This document shows positions 41,249-53,096 of a DNA stretch of 64,000 nt, in pieces (position 1 is the first letter of the stretch; each line of letters begins with the position of its first letter). Location of the stretch: NCBI GenBank assembly GCA_964016885.1, contig OZ024741.1:370512001-370576000 (forward strand). The letters are read 5' to 3'. The notes beneath the pieces are model-generated. The model was not told the DNA's origin. It saw only the letters and a program-made list of their open reading frames with translations, and made no database searches. Source of the DNA: Eledone cirrhosa. Taxonomy: Eukaryota. A program made the position numbers and the translations under genes.

Positions 41249-42561
41249 TGTATGTATGTGTGTATGTATATATGTATGTATATATGTATGTATGTATGCA
41301 TGAATGTATGTATGTATGTATGTATGTATATATGTATGTATGCATGAATGTATGTATGTATGTATGCATCATGTATGTAGGTAGGTGGGTAGGTGGGTAG
41401 GTGGGTAGGGATGTATATATGCAAGTATAGCTGTGAGTATGTATGCATGTATGTGTATATATATATACATGTGTGTGTGTGTGTGTGTATGAATGTATAC
41501 ATGTAAGTGCATGTATATATGTATGTATATATATGTGTGTGTGAGAGTGTGTGTGTGTGTGCGTGTGTGTGTGAGTGTGTTGTATGTTATTCATGAGAGA
41601 AATATTTTTTTCTCAACAAGCACATCTTCAAAGAAAGAAAGAGTGAAAACCAAGGACCTCTTTCTCAAATATTGACAGCTTGCAGCGAAATTATCGTTGA
41701 AATTTAATTGTACAACCATAAATTCTATATTTGATTTAATAACACATTGATGGAAGAATATCAACGGAAGAACATCTTTTATTCTGAGAAAACGGGGAAA
41801 ATATCAATGGTAAGAAATAAAAGGAAATTGAAGCGAGGAATATGGAAAGCGAGATGGAGTGAGTCAGTAGAGAAAGAGAGAAAGAGATAGATAGATAGAG
41901 AGGGGGAAGATAGAGAGGGCGAAAAGGGGAGAGTATATTTAAATGTGAATGTTAAAAAGTGTAGATCAGAAGTGTAACGCAATAAAGAAAAAATTAAAAC
42001 ATCTTGTCAAAAACATTTCGAGAAATATTTTGCAAAGTGTCGCGACATTTTGGTTTCGAAATAGTTATAAAAAGTCACATCGTTTCTAAAGACTTTTCTA
42101 ATCTTTGACAAGTCAGTCAGTTTGTGAGAAATTATTTCATTTTAAAAATAATGGAGAAAATAGAGTTTGTTTGAAAATATTATTTCGGAGATATTTCTTA
42201 ATGTTTTCTTTGTTTTTAGGTGAGGCGCGGGGGGGGGGGGGGGGGGGGGGACAAGCTAAGATATTTTAGTGAAAATATGTTTTAAAAATCACAAAGAAAG
42301 ACATGATGTTTTATAATAGCGAACATTTAAGTATTCTCATATTTATTTCTATATTTTTTACATTTATATATATTTATACATTTCTTTATTTAGATATATT
42401 TATATATAATTTTATTTATTTGTTTATTACTTAATTTCTAATAATTCAGCGAACAATTTTGTCTCACAAAATAACATAAACGGTAAAAGGGTTCCAGTTT
42501 AATCTATTTTAGTTTAAGCAAACGGATTAAATTACAAATAATTTCAGTATATATATATAGA

Positions 42562-42611
<50 letters not shown>

Positions 42612-42902
42612 TCTATGGATATAAAGTAGTGACCGTATATATATATATATCAAAATGGATGCAATAAAAACCTGTTAGAACATTACTCACCAGAATATAG
42701 TAGAGTGTGGTAAAATCAAATAGTCGCCACACCAACTTGAAACGGCAAGGGTTCAACAGTCGTGGTTCCGATTCTTTCATATATTATATATATGTGTGTG
42801 TGTGTGTAAACCCACATTCACACATACATACATACATACATACATACATACATACATACATACATACATACATACATACATACATACATACATACATACA
42901 TA

Positions 42903-43150
42903 CATGGCGGCTACCAACTCGTTTTCGAGTACGGCCACTACTTTATATCCATGGAGGAGAACCCCTACCGATGTGCTGAACGGGTGTGACTTTTTAGTCC
43001 AGCCAGCGACTTGAAAACTCTGGTACAAACACTACACTTGTGACAATTATTGATATATAGTGCTGGGCCCATGGTTCCATGTGACGACATGTGCAGAGAG
43101 ATCTCCAGATATAAAGCAATGCCTGTGCCGTGAAGCTTTTATAGTGAGCT
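42903..43150 (-). mobile_element. Retroelement 3' end with (TGTA)n tail
   Basis: CATGGCGGCTACCAACTCGTTTTCGAGTACGGCCACTAC abuts (CATA)n here and at 63940-64000; relative at 43568-43710. Confidence 0.6.
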
Positions 43151-43567
43151 CGGCTTCACAGGAGCAGAAAGAACACAACTAGTTAGGAAATTACAAGTAA
43201 AATCCATTAATGGAACAGTAAAAATATGTAAAACATTCCAAACATTTTTCATCTAATAACTGCATATAAACATGTACAGATACAAAGCACACATACATAT
43301 ACACATGTACAGATACACATGCACACATACAACTCAAATCATACACGTCCACACATACAATAACATACATATCTACACATGCATGCTTGCAGCCATGCAT
43401 ACATAATCTACCTAGTTGATGTTGTGTAAATTCCAATGAGAGAGTCTTGTGCCTATGTTAGAAACCGACTCTCTCTCTCTATTGGTAAAAATAATAAAAA
43501 AAAGAACATACATATATACATAGATACATTGATACATACATACATACATACATACATACATACATAC

Positions 43568-44078
43568 TTGATGGCTGCAAACTCTGTTAAGAGTATTGCA
43601 ATCGCTTGTCAGATTATAGAGTTTGGTGCACTTTTAGGCTACGGCCAGCCACACAGACCTGTAACATATCCTGAACAAGCAATGCCTGTGCTTTGAAGGT
43701 TTTTTTAAGTGGGGAAAGGCCTTGTACTCGACCAATCCCACTCTCTGAGCATCGAAAACACTACCCAAAAAGGAGAACTGGTCAACATCATCGGATGCTT
43801 CCGAAGCCGCAGGTTTTTTTTTCAGAGTTTCCCTCTCCTAGAAAGGTGTTGTGACAGCAACTGGTGACTTTTAAAGAAAGTACTATTTGGATGGCCGTTG
43901 ACTCGGCTGAGTTCCTCCGCCCTTAGCTGAGTTTTGTATTTCATCCCGCGAGGTGTCCAAATATCACCCTCCACACCAAGCAAGCCTGGTGGGGTTGCCG
44001 GTTTAATCGCCGACGCCCGACCATGAGACAGGTTGTACTGGGCTACATGTTATCAGTAGCACCCGAGAACGCCCTGAC
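43568..44078 (-). mobile_element. ~510-bp non-autonomous retroelement between (CATA)n tracts
   Basis: Contains CTAGGAGAGGGAAACTCTG, resembling RTE-like 5'UTRs (from memory); 3' part shared with 42903-43150. Confidence 0.45.
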
Positions 44079-45126
44079 ATACATACATACGTACGAACCT
44101 ACCTACATACATACATACATACATACATACATACATACATACATACGTACGTACATACATACATACATACATACATAATACATACATACATACATACATA
44201 CATACATACATACGTACGTACATACATACATACTTACGTACCTACCTACCTGCATGCATACGTACGTACATACATACATACATACATACATACATACATA
44301 CATACATACATACATACATACATACATACATACATACATACATACATACATACATACATACATACATACATAGTGGAAGTCAAATCGTATCCGAGTCCGA
44401 CCACTTTTTATGAAAGCAAAAATTGCAAAAACGCGTTTTTGATGTTGCTATAGTAATGTCACCTTAAATGGCTCATCAAACCAGGATGTGATTTACATGT
44501 AATATCACACAGTGTTCAGGTGTTTTCCACCTGCTGGAATTTGATTAACGTCACATACTTTACGGTGCCATGTTAACCCACACTTCCTTATTGTGGAAGT
44601 TGCACAATGAGTTATTTATTTTGTTGATTATTCAACAAAGTTAATTTATAACAGTTTAGAAGCACTCAACAATTTTTCTGGAGTATAATATCAATAATAT
44701 TAATAAATAGAAAATATCTTTATAAAACCATATTTATTTTATTATACATACTAGCAGAAATACCACCCTCGGGTGGTTTTCTGCTAGCATGTGTAGTGTG
44801 TATATTGATATTATACGCAGGTATATATATATGTAGATATGATACATCAAATAAAATCGTAATTGACAATATATAATACATAGAAATTGAACGAAGACTG
44901 CGTTACACTGTCCTATTTAATCAGTAACGTAATCCATGATACATTAAAAAAGACGATATTATATATGAACTGCATTAGGAGAAAATTAGTATGTTTATTT
45001 AAGCGATGGTCAACCGAAAGTGTTGACATTTCAGAAATTTTAAAGAAGTGAATATTTAAATAAACAAAATATATTTAATCAGCAGCCACGAAATTTAGTA
45101 GATAAATTATGTAATATTTATTCATT

Positions 45127-45314
45127 GTGGATTGGCAGTATCGGTAGAGAGTCGGACACCATGCTTTGAAGCATAGAGTTACGTCCCTTTATGATCTGAG
45201 TTCAAATCCCGCCGAGGTTAACTTTGCCTTTCATCCTTACGAGGTCGATAAAATAAAGTACCAGTAATGTACTGAGTAATTGCTGGCCTTGTGCCAAAAG
45301 TAGAAACAATTATT
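45127..45314 (+). mobile_element. SINE family 1 inserted into another repeat
   Basis: Flanks rejoin to match the uninterrupted copy at 22182-22257 (-). Confidence 0.9.
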
Positions 45315-45397
45315 TATTCAAAGTAATCCAACTTATTTTACAAACGGGTTAAAAAAAAAATAAACCGTAAGCAATCCTTCCTTTATTATAGTTTAGA

Positions 45398-45998
45398 TTT
45401 CAAGGCTACCAATATTCTGGTACGCTTTCGTCAGATAAAATACAATATTTAGTTTAAAGAGTTATGCGTGAATATAGATTTTGTTTACTTATGAAAACAG
45501 TTAGGATATGCCGAGCGAAGATATATGTCCATTTTCTATATATAGCTTAGGAATGTGAAAATAATTATATTTTCATAGAGAAGATGTATAATATTATGTA
45601 TAATCTATTATTGTATAAGGTTAGAAATATAAATTTAAACATTTATGTAAAGTTTGAATGTCTCGTATAGGTAAAATGTAAACAAGCATTTATCAAAGGA
45701 AAAGATAACTTTAATTTTTATTAATTTAGATAATTATTTAAAATATATCTAGCGTCTAAACTTAACGGCCCTTTTCAGTTTTAACGTTATCTTCATTAGC
45801 ATATTTATCCTGAGTTTTGAATATTTATTCACTATCTGCATTGAACTCAAAACGTTAAGTTCATATGTCGATATGTCACTATCTTTAAACTAAATATTGT
45901 ATTTTATCTGACGAAAGCGTACTAAATTACTGGTACCCTTGAAATATGTATAATAAAATAAGTATGCTTTTATAAAGATATTTTCCATTTATTAATAT
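45398..45998 (+). mobile_element. HHR repeat family G with an inverted copy; hammerhead 45901-45959
   Basis: AUUUUAU-CUGACGA-AAGCGUAC..GUACCCUU-GAAA-UAUGUAU-A^AUAAAAU; inverted arm at 45398-45460; tail recurs at 44678-44745 and 47970-48132. Confidence 0.75.
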
Positions 45999-46008
45999 TA
46001 TTTATATA

Positions 46009-46074
<66 letters not shown>

Positions 46075-46082
<8 letters not shown>

Positions 46083-46875
46083 TACATATTTATATATATA
46101 TATACGTACATACATATATGTATACAGACGTAGAGTAGTATGTATATATATATACATACATGCACACATATATATATGTACGTATGGATTTACCGAACAT
46201 TTATTATAATGCTCGGTTTGTTTGTAAACAAACAAACATCCCGAATTAAGCCGTACAGTGTTTAGCAACCATCGTTGCCCTTTTGTTCAACACTGACAAA
46301 GGAACGATGTACTAGTTTCAAGCTTATTAGCTATTGTCAGCACCGTATACCTTCCTGCCAGATGATTGAACGTCTGAAAGTATATACTTACCTTATGCAT
46401 ATTGACGGTTGAACAGCCTAATTTGCATATCGAGTGGGTTAATCGGCCGGGCGCACCGAAAACGATAAATGGAAAAAATGAAACGAAATTTCATTTATCA
46501 CTCTTAGTACGGCTGTTACTTAAATATAAGTATGTATACGTACATACATGTATGTATACAGACGTACAGTAGTATGTATATATATATACATACATGCACC
46601 CATATATATATGTACGTATGGATTTACCGAACATTTATTATAATGCTCGGTTTGTTTGTAAACAAACAAATATCTCGAATTAAGCCGTATAGTGTTTAGC
46701 AACCATCGTTGCCCTTTTGTTCAACACTGACAAAGGAACGATATACTAGTTTCAAGCTTATTAGCTATCGTCAGCAAGGTATACCTTCCTGCCAGATGAT
46801 TGAACGTCTGAAAGTATATACTTTCCTTATGTATATTAACGGCTGAGCAGCCTAATTTTCATATCAAATGAGTTA
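46075..46875 (-). mobile_element. Tandem family B HHR repeat, period 434 nt
   Basis: GATTTACCGA at 46187 and 46621; hammerheads at 46304-46346 (core CUGACAA, mutated) and 46738-46780. Confidence 0.85.
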
Positions 46876-46918
46876 TTATATTTCGTTCCTGAATTATTGG
46901 CAACATGACCCTCTCAAA

Positions 46919-46954
<36 letters not shown>

Positions 46955-47125
46955 AAAAAGGATGAAATCGAAAATGCAACTGGAGTCTTTTTAAGAATAT
47001 TTATTTGGAACCAAATAAATATTCTTAAAAAGACTCCAGCTGCATTTTCGATTTCATCTTTTTTCCTTATACTTTCAGTCGTGTAGAACATCTCGTTTTA
47101 TTTTTCATTTTGGAAAAAAACTCTC

Positions 47126-47249
<124 letters not shown>

Positions 47250-47288
47250 CCGATCAAAGTTGGGGAAAATCACAGAGGTTGATATTCA

Positions 47289-47330
<42 letters not shown>

Positions 47331-47334
47331 TGTT

Positions 47335-47379
<45 letters not shown>

Positions 47380-47564
47380 GTGTGTGTGTGTGTGTGCGTG
47401 TGTGTGTGTGTGTCTGTGCGTGTGTATGTATATATATATATATATACATACATTTATTTGTTCTAGCCGACAGGCTTAGGCCATACCGAGGCACTGTCAT
47501 TGTTCTTACACATTCTATAGCTTGTTTACCCATTAACATATGAGGAAGTATATATATATATAAA

Positions 47565-47605
47565 GGACTAGAACTACTTCATTCGGGAGAAATCATCAGC
47601 AGTCC
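47565..47605 (-). ncRNA. Degenerate hammerhead, family C
   Basis: GGACUG-CUGAUGA-U-UUC..GAA-U-GAAGUAGUU^CUAGUCC; sibling at 49220-49253 has GAAAC but CUCAUGA. Confidence 0.45.
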
Positions 47606-48128
47606 TAGTCCTGCAGAAGCCATTACTATATAAAATATTTATACTCTGCTCTGTATTGAGTACCTTACTTACTTCGGTTACCACCGATTGAACCCGATAA
47701 ACTTATATATATATATATATAACAAAGGAAATGTGGTAAGGAACCAGGTGGACCATAACGCACCAAAGTACTCAATACTTAGGGTAGTAGAGTGGGTAAT
47801 AGGAACAAGTAAGACCCCGACGGCTGAGCTCAAGCCGTTTCGACGGCTTGAGCTCAGCCGTCGTGGTCTTATTTGTTCCTATATATATATATATATATAT
47901 ATATATAAGCTAAAGGATATTTAATTTCTTCGTAATTCAACAAATATATATATTTATAACTGATTCGAAGCACTCGGAGTATAATATCAATGATATTAAT
48001 AAATGGAAACTATATTTATAAAACCATATTTATTCTATTATATATATTTCAAGGGTATCAAAACTTTGGTATATATAATAGAATAAATATGGTTTTATAA
48101 ATATAGTTTTCATTTATTAATATCATTG

Positions 48129-48159
<31 letters not shown>

Positions 48160-48413
48160 TAAAGTTAGTCCTTCATCAGTGATCTTCGAACCATCATTGG
48201 TATTTCATCGCTTTAAAGACGATATACCTCCGGTTGGTGCAAGCAACGGCTAAAAAAAGTCGTTGGGACACGTAAATAAAGGGGACACGAGAGTGTAAAC
48301 AAACAAAGATGGTGAAGCAACGAAAAGTGAGGAAGAAAGAATCAAGTCCCAAATTTCCATGAATATAAGTTCGGTGAAATCGTGAACGAGAGAGAATAAA
48401 GACCATCAAACCT

Positions 48414-48456
<43 letters not shown>

Positions 48457-48734
48457 AATTATGTTTGGGAAACGCAAATAAAATAAAGAAATATTTACCT
48501 ATTTACTCAGAACCTCCCTACTGCAGTTTCTTTGAACAACCTTAGCAAATCTTTGCTGTTAAATCTCTAATCATCAGGGAACATTTTCAAACAAGAAAGA
48601 ATTCAACTGAGTTGTTTACTTTAACTCACTATTTAGCCTTAATAAAATGAATATTTAAACTCTACTTCGGTATTGAGTACTCTTTTCTCTCAACAGTCAA
48701 CACTACATACGGATATATAAAAATATATATATTT

Positions 48735-48912
48735 GAGTCCATGATCATGAAACAGCGTCTCCAGTGGCCAGGTCACATGGAACGCCTAGATGACAGCAGG
48801 CTCCCAAAACAAGTCTGCTTGAAAGATATTCTGAAAAAGGTAATTATCAATTATCAACACAGAAATGTGTGGACATTTTGCAACAGAGAGAGAGAGAGGG
48901 GGGAGAGAGAGA

Positions 48913-48988
<76 letters not shown>

Positions 48989-49145
48989 AGTGGTGAAATC
49001 TGGTGATAAGGCCTATGCTGAAGTGAGGCCAGCATCTTAGTATATGGGGAATGTTAATCGGGATTCGAAAGAGGCTCTTACATGTGAGAGATGTGAACCT
49101 GTATGTATGTCAAAGGCTGGGCTACAAGGCGATAGCAGAAGTTAT
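48735..49145 (+). pseudogene. RTE (BovB-like) LINE 3' relic split by (GA)n
   Basis: MIMKQRLQWPGHMERLDDSRLPKQV and CERCEPVCMSKAGLQG. Confidence 0.7.
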
Positions 49146-49458
49146 ACTAATGGAAATAACACTTGATTACTTCATACTCCTTGCACGTCGCATCTTTACA
49201 CATTGATACTCGGCTTTCCTCATGATTTCCTTCGAATGAAACAGTTCTAGTCCTGTAGAAGCCATTTATATATTATATATAAATATGTCTCGATTCTAGT
49301 ATCGAAACATATCCGAGTATCTTGCGATTTCAGAGTCAGGTTTGATCACTGCATATAGGAAAATGTTTGACCCCGACGGCAGAGCTCAAGCCGTTTCGAC
49401 AAGTATTGAGTACCCCGGTGCGTTATGGTCCATCTGGTTCCTTACCACACCTCCTTCG

Positions 49459-49498
<40 letters not shown>

Positions 49499-49717
49499 CA
49501 AAAAGTTATCGCATTATATAGCTGAATACAATAAATGTAATCTGAGTTTTTCGAATATTAATAATAATATTCGATTCATTTGCAATTATGCAAACAGCGA
49601 CTTTTAAGCCATATCAGTAGAATGAGCCCCTGATCAGCCAGCCTGCGAATATGCAAATCAGGCCGATCGGTCACTGTATATTTTAGAAAATATCATATAT
49701 TTTCACCAGCTCTGACA

Positions 49718-49800
49718 GTTGGCAGGTGAACAGCAAACTGCACTGATGAAGGGTAATAACCCAGAAACAGTAGTGTCTGCAGTTCTGTTTACATGCCAAC
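49718..49800 (+). ncRNA. Full type-I hammerhead ribozyme with extended, bulged stem I
   Basis: AACUGCA-CUGAUGA-A-GGGU-AAUA-ACCC-A-GAAA-CA-GUAG-UG-UC^UGCAGUU; stem I extends via GUUGGCA.GUGAACAG / CUGUUUAC.UGCCAAC. Confidence 0.85.
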
Positions 49801-49919
49801 ACAAGAGCAAGAATAATGATATGGCTTAAAAGAGGTTGTTTGCATAACTGCAAACGAATCGAATATTATTATTAATGTTCGAAACACTCAGATTACATAT
49901 ATATGTACATGTGTGTATA

Positions 49920-50029
<110 letters not shown>

Positions 50030-50199
50030 GAGAGATAATTTAATATATCTACTAACATAAGCGCACAGATGTACGCTAATGCCAGCAAATACACAGGTTA
50101 TGTCATAGTACCTAGGTGGTTCAATGCAGGAGGATGCAGAACAATAATATAAAAGACGTAAAATAAGAAAATTTAAAAAAAAAATTTTCTTATTTTACG

Positions 50200-50254
<55 letters not shown>

Positions 50255-50300
50255 TAAAATAACACGAGGCTGGACTGGTGTAATTCCGTAAAAGTTTATT

Positions 50301-50358
50301 ATACTATGAACATTTCAATCACTGGGTTCAGTATGAATCCGGTGACATCATCAGGTAT
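50301..50358 (-). ncRNA. Hammerhead family E, second copy
   Basis: Same fold as 5843-5900, within a repeat spanning ~50256-50380. Confidence 0.7.
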
Positions 50359-50480
50359 TCCGAAATTTAACAAAGGAATATAATAGACACAATCCAAGGG
50401 GCCTAAAGATGCCCAAGACGAGAAGGCGGCCAAAAACTTAGCAGTTGCCAGTCAGTGTGGCCGCCTTCAAGTATATATAA

Positions 50481-50510
<30 letters not shown>

Positions 50511-50511
<1 letters not shown>

Positions 50512-50972
50512 AATGGAAAAAATGAAACGAAATTTCATTTCTCACTCTTAGTACGGCTGTTACTTAAATATAAGTATTATACGTACATACATATATGTAT
50601 ACAGACGTTCAGTAGTATGTATATATATATATATATATATACATACAGGCACACATATATATATGTACGTATGGATTCACCGAACATTTATTATAATGCT
50701 CGGTATGTTTGTAAACAAACAACCCGAATTAAGCCGTACAGTGTCTAACAACCATCGTTGCTCATTTGTTCAACCCTGACAAAGGAATGCTGTACTAGTT
50801 TCAAGCTTATTAGCTATCGTCAGCAACGTATAACTTCCTGCCAGATGATTGAACGTCTGAAAGTATATACTTTCCTTATGCATATTAACGGCTGAGCAGC
50901 CTAATTTGCATATCGAGTGAGTTAATCGGCCGGGTATAGAAAACGATAAACGGAAAAAATGAAACGAAATTT
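50511..50972 (-). mobile_element. Family B monomer with terminal redundancy; hammerhead 50787-50829
   Basis: AAA(T/C)GGAAAAAATGAAACGAAATTT at both 50511 and 50948 (437-nt period). Confidence 0.85.
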
Positions 50973-50995
50973 ATATTTATATTTATATATATATA

Positions 50996-51141
50996 CTAGC
51001 AGAATGGCCCGGCGTTGCTCGGGATTTTCTCTAAGGTTCTTATATATTTGATATATATTTATCCTTATCGAGCCTCGTGAAATGAATACGTTTGTTTATA
51101 TTTTGTTATTGTGTATACAAAAATATCTGTACACGAATATG

Positions 51142-51192
<51 letters not shown>

Positions 51193-51625
51193 AAATAACA
51201 GATTAAAGTTTAAGTAAAGTATCGCTGTTTCACCCTTAACGGGATATTCTGAACCTAAAAAAATCAATCTGTGAACGCAGAAGTAAATATTTCGAAAAAC
51301 GTTACACTCTATATTTATATATATATACACACTATATATACATATATATACACACACACACATATAGCGTCATAATGTCGTAATGCAGACACCCAGACAT
51401 ACAGACAGATATTATAAGGGCGCAACGTTATATCTATGTATCTATCTAAAAAAAAGACTTAGAATTAAAGAGAGATTGCTAAATCACCTAATGTGGTCCC
51501 TAGGGCATTGAACATTTTGTTTATCAAAACACTCACAGGACCATAAGTATTACATGTGTAAAGTTTGAAAACAATCGGTTGGATGGTTCTCAAGTTTTAG
51601 GGAGTCAGACAGACGTTCTCTGTTT

Positions 51626-51632
<7 letters not shown>
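50996..51632 (-). mobile_element. Non-autonomous Helitron-like element with nested repeats
   Basis: Minus-strand 3' end: hairpin CCCGAGC-AAC-GCCGGG about 9 nt before CTAG, followed by T; 5' region ATATAAAACAGAGAACGTCTGTCTG. Confidence 0.55.
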
Positions 51633-51715
<83 letters not shown>

Positions 51716-51985
51716 TCTAAAAACGTCTTCCTATTATATTCCTAAATAGACAACCAATACCGTTCCTATAATCAATCATAGTCGTCTAAAAGATTGGTGA
51801 AACAATTCTGGAATTAGTCAGAAATGATCTTCTGGCAGTTGTCACTTTGTAACTAAAATCTTCAATTGTTCCTGATTGCTTGGACCGCTGTCGTTCACTA
51901 ACAACATATTGTCTTTTAAAAGAACACAAAGCCAGAATGTCTGTGTCAAACTCCCATATGTATATATATATATATATGCATGTGA

Positions 51986-52069
<84 letters not shown>

Positions 52070-52157
52070 ATGACCACAGTCTAATGACCGGAACTAGTAA
52101 AAGAATAAAAGAATATGTGTGTGTGGATATGTGTGTGTGTGTATATATATATATAAT

Positions 52158-52287
<130 letters not shown>

Positions 52288-52333
52288 TGACCGCAGCCTA
52301 ATGACTGGATCCAGTAAAAAATAAAATAATATA

Positions 52334-52406
<73 letters not shown>

Positions 52407-52415
52407 ATATGTATT

Positions 52416-52467
<52 letters not shown>

Positions 52468-52648
52468 TCACTTTATTATTACTATATACATATATCTACA
52501 GTCCTTACTTGAATTCACTAATGATTCAGATAAATATAGGTGTAGTCAGTACAGAATATTGGAAATATTACATTAATACATACATATACATACACATATA
52601 TATATATATACACATATATATATATATATGTATGTATGTATATATATA

Positions 52649-52692
<44 letters not shown>

Positions 52693-52928
52693 TATGTGCA
52701 ACGAAAGATTTATGTAAATTATGTAAACTATATATATATGTGTTTGTCTATATTGTATCTGTATTATTTTTGACCGCCGGTCAGTCAATGGCAACATTGA
52801 GGACCGAGTAAGTTAGATCGCAGATATATATATATAAAATACAGCGAGAAGCGAAAACCAACCAAACAGTGAGTGTGTTCTGTTATTAATTCTGGCAATA
52901 TTACGCAAATATGACCCTCCCCAAATAT

Positions 52929-53011
<83 letters not shown>

Positions 53012-53037
53012 GTATATATATAAACATATATTTATAC

Positions 53038-53096
<59 letters not shown>

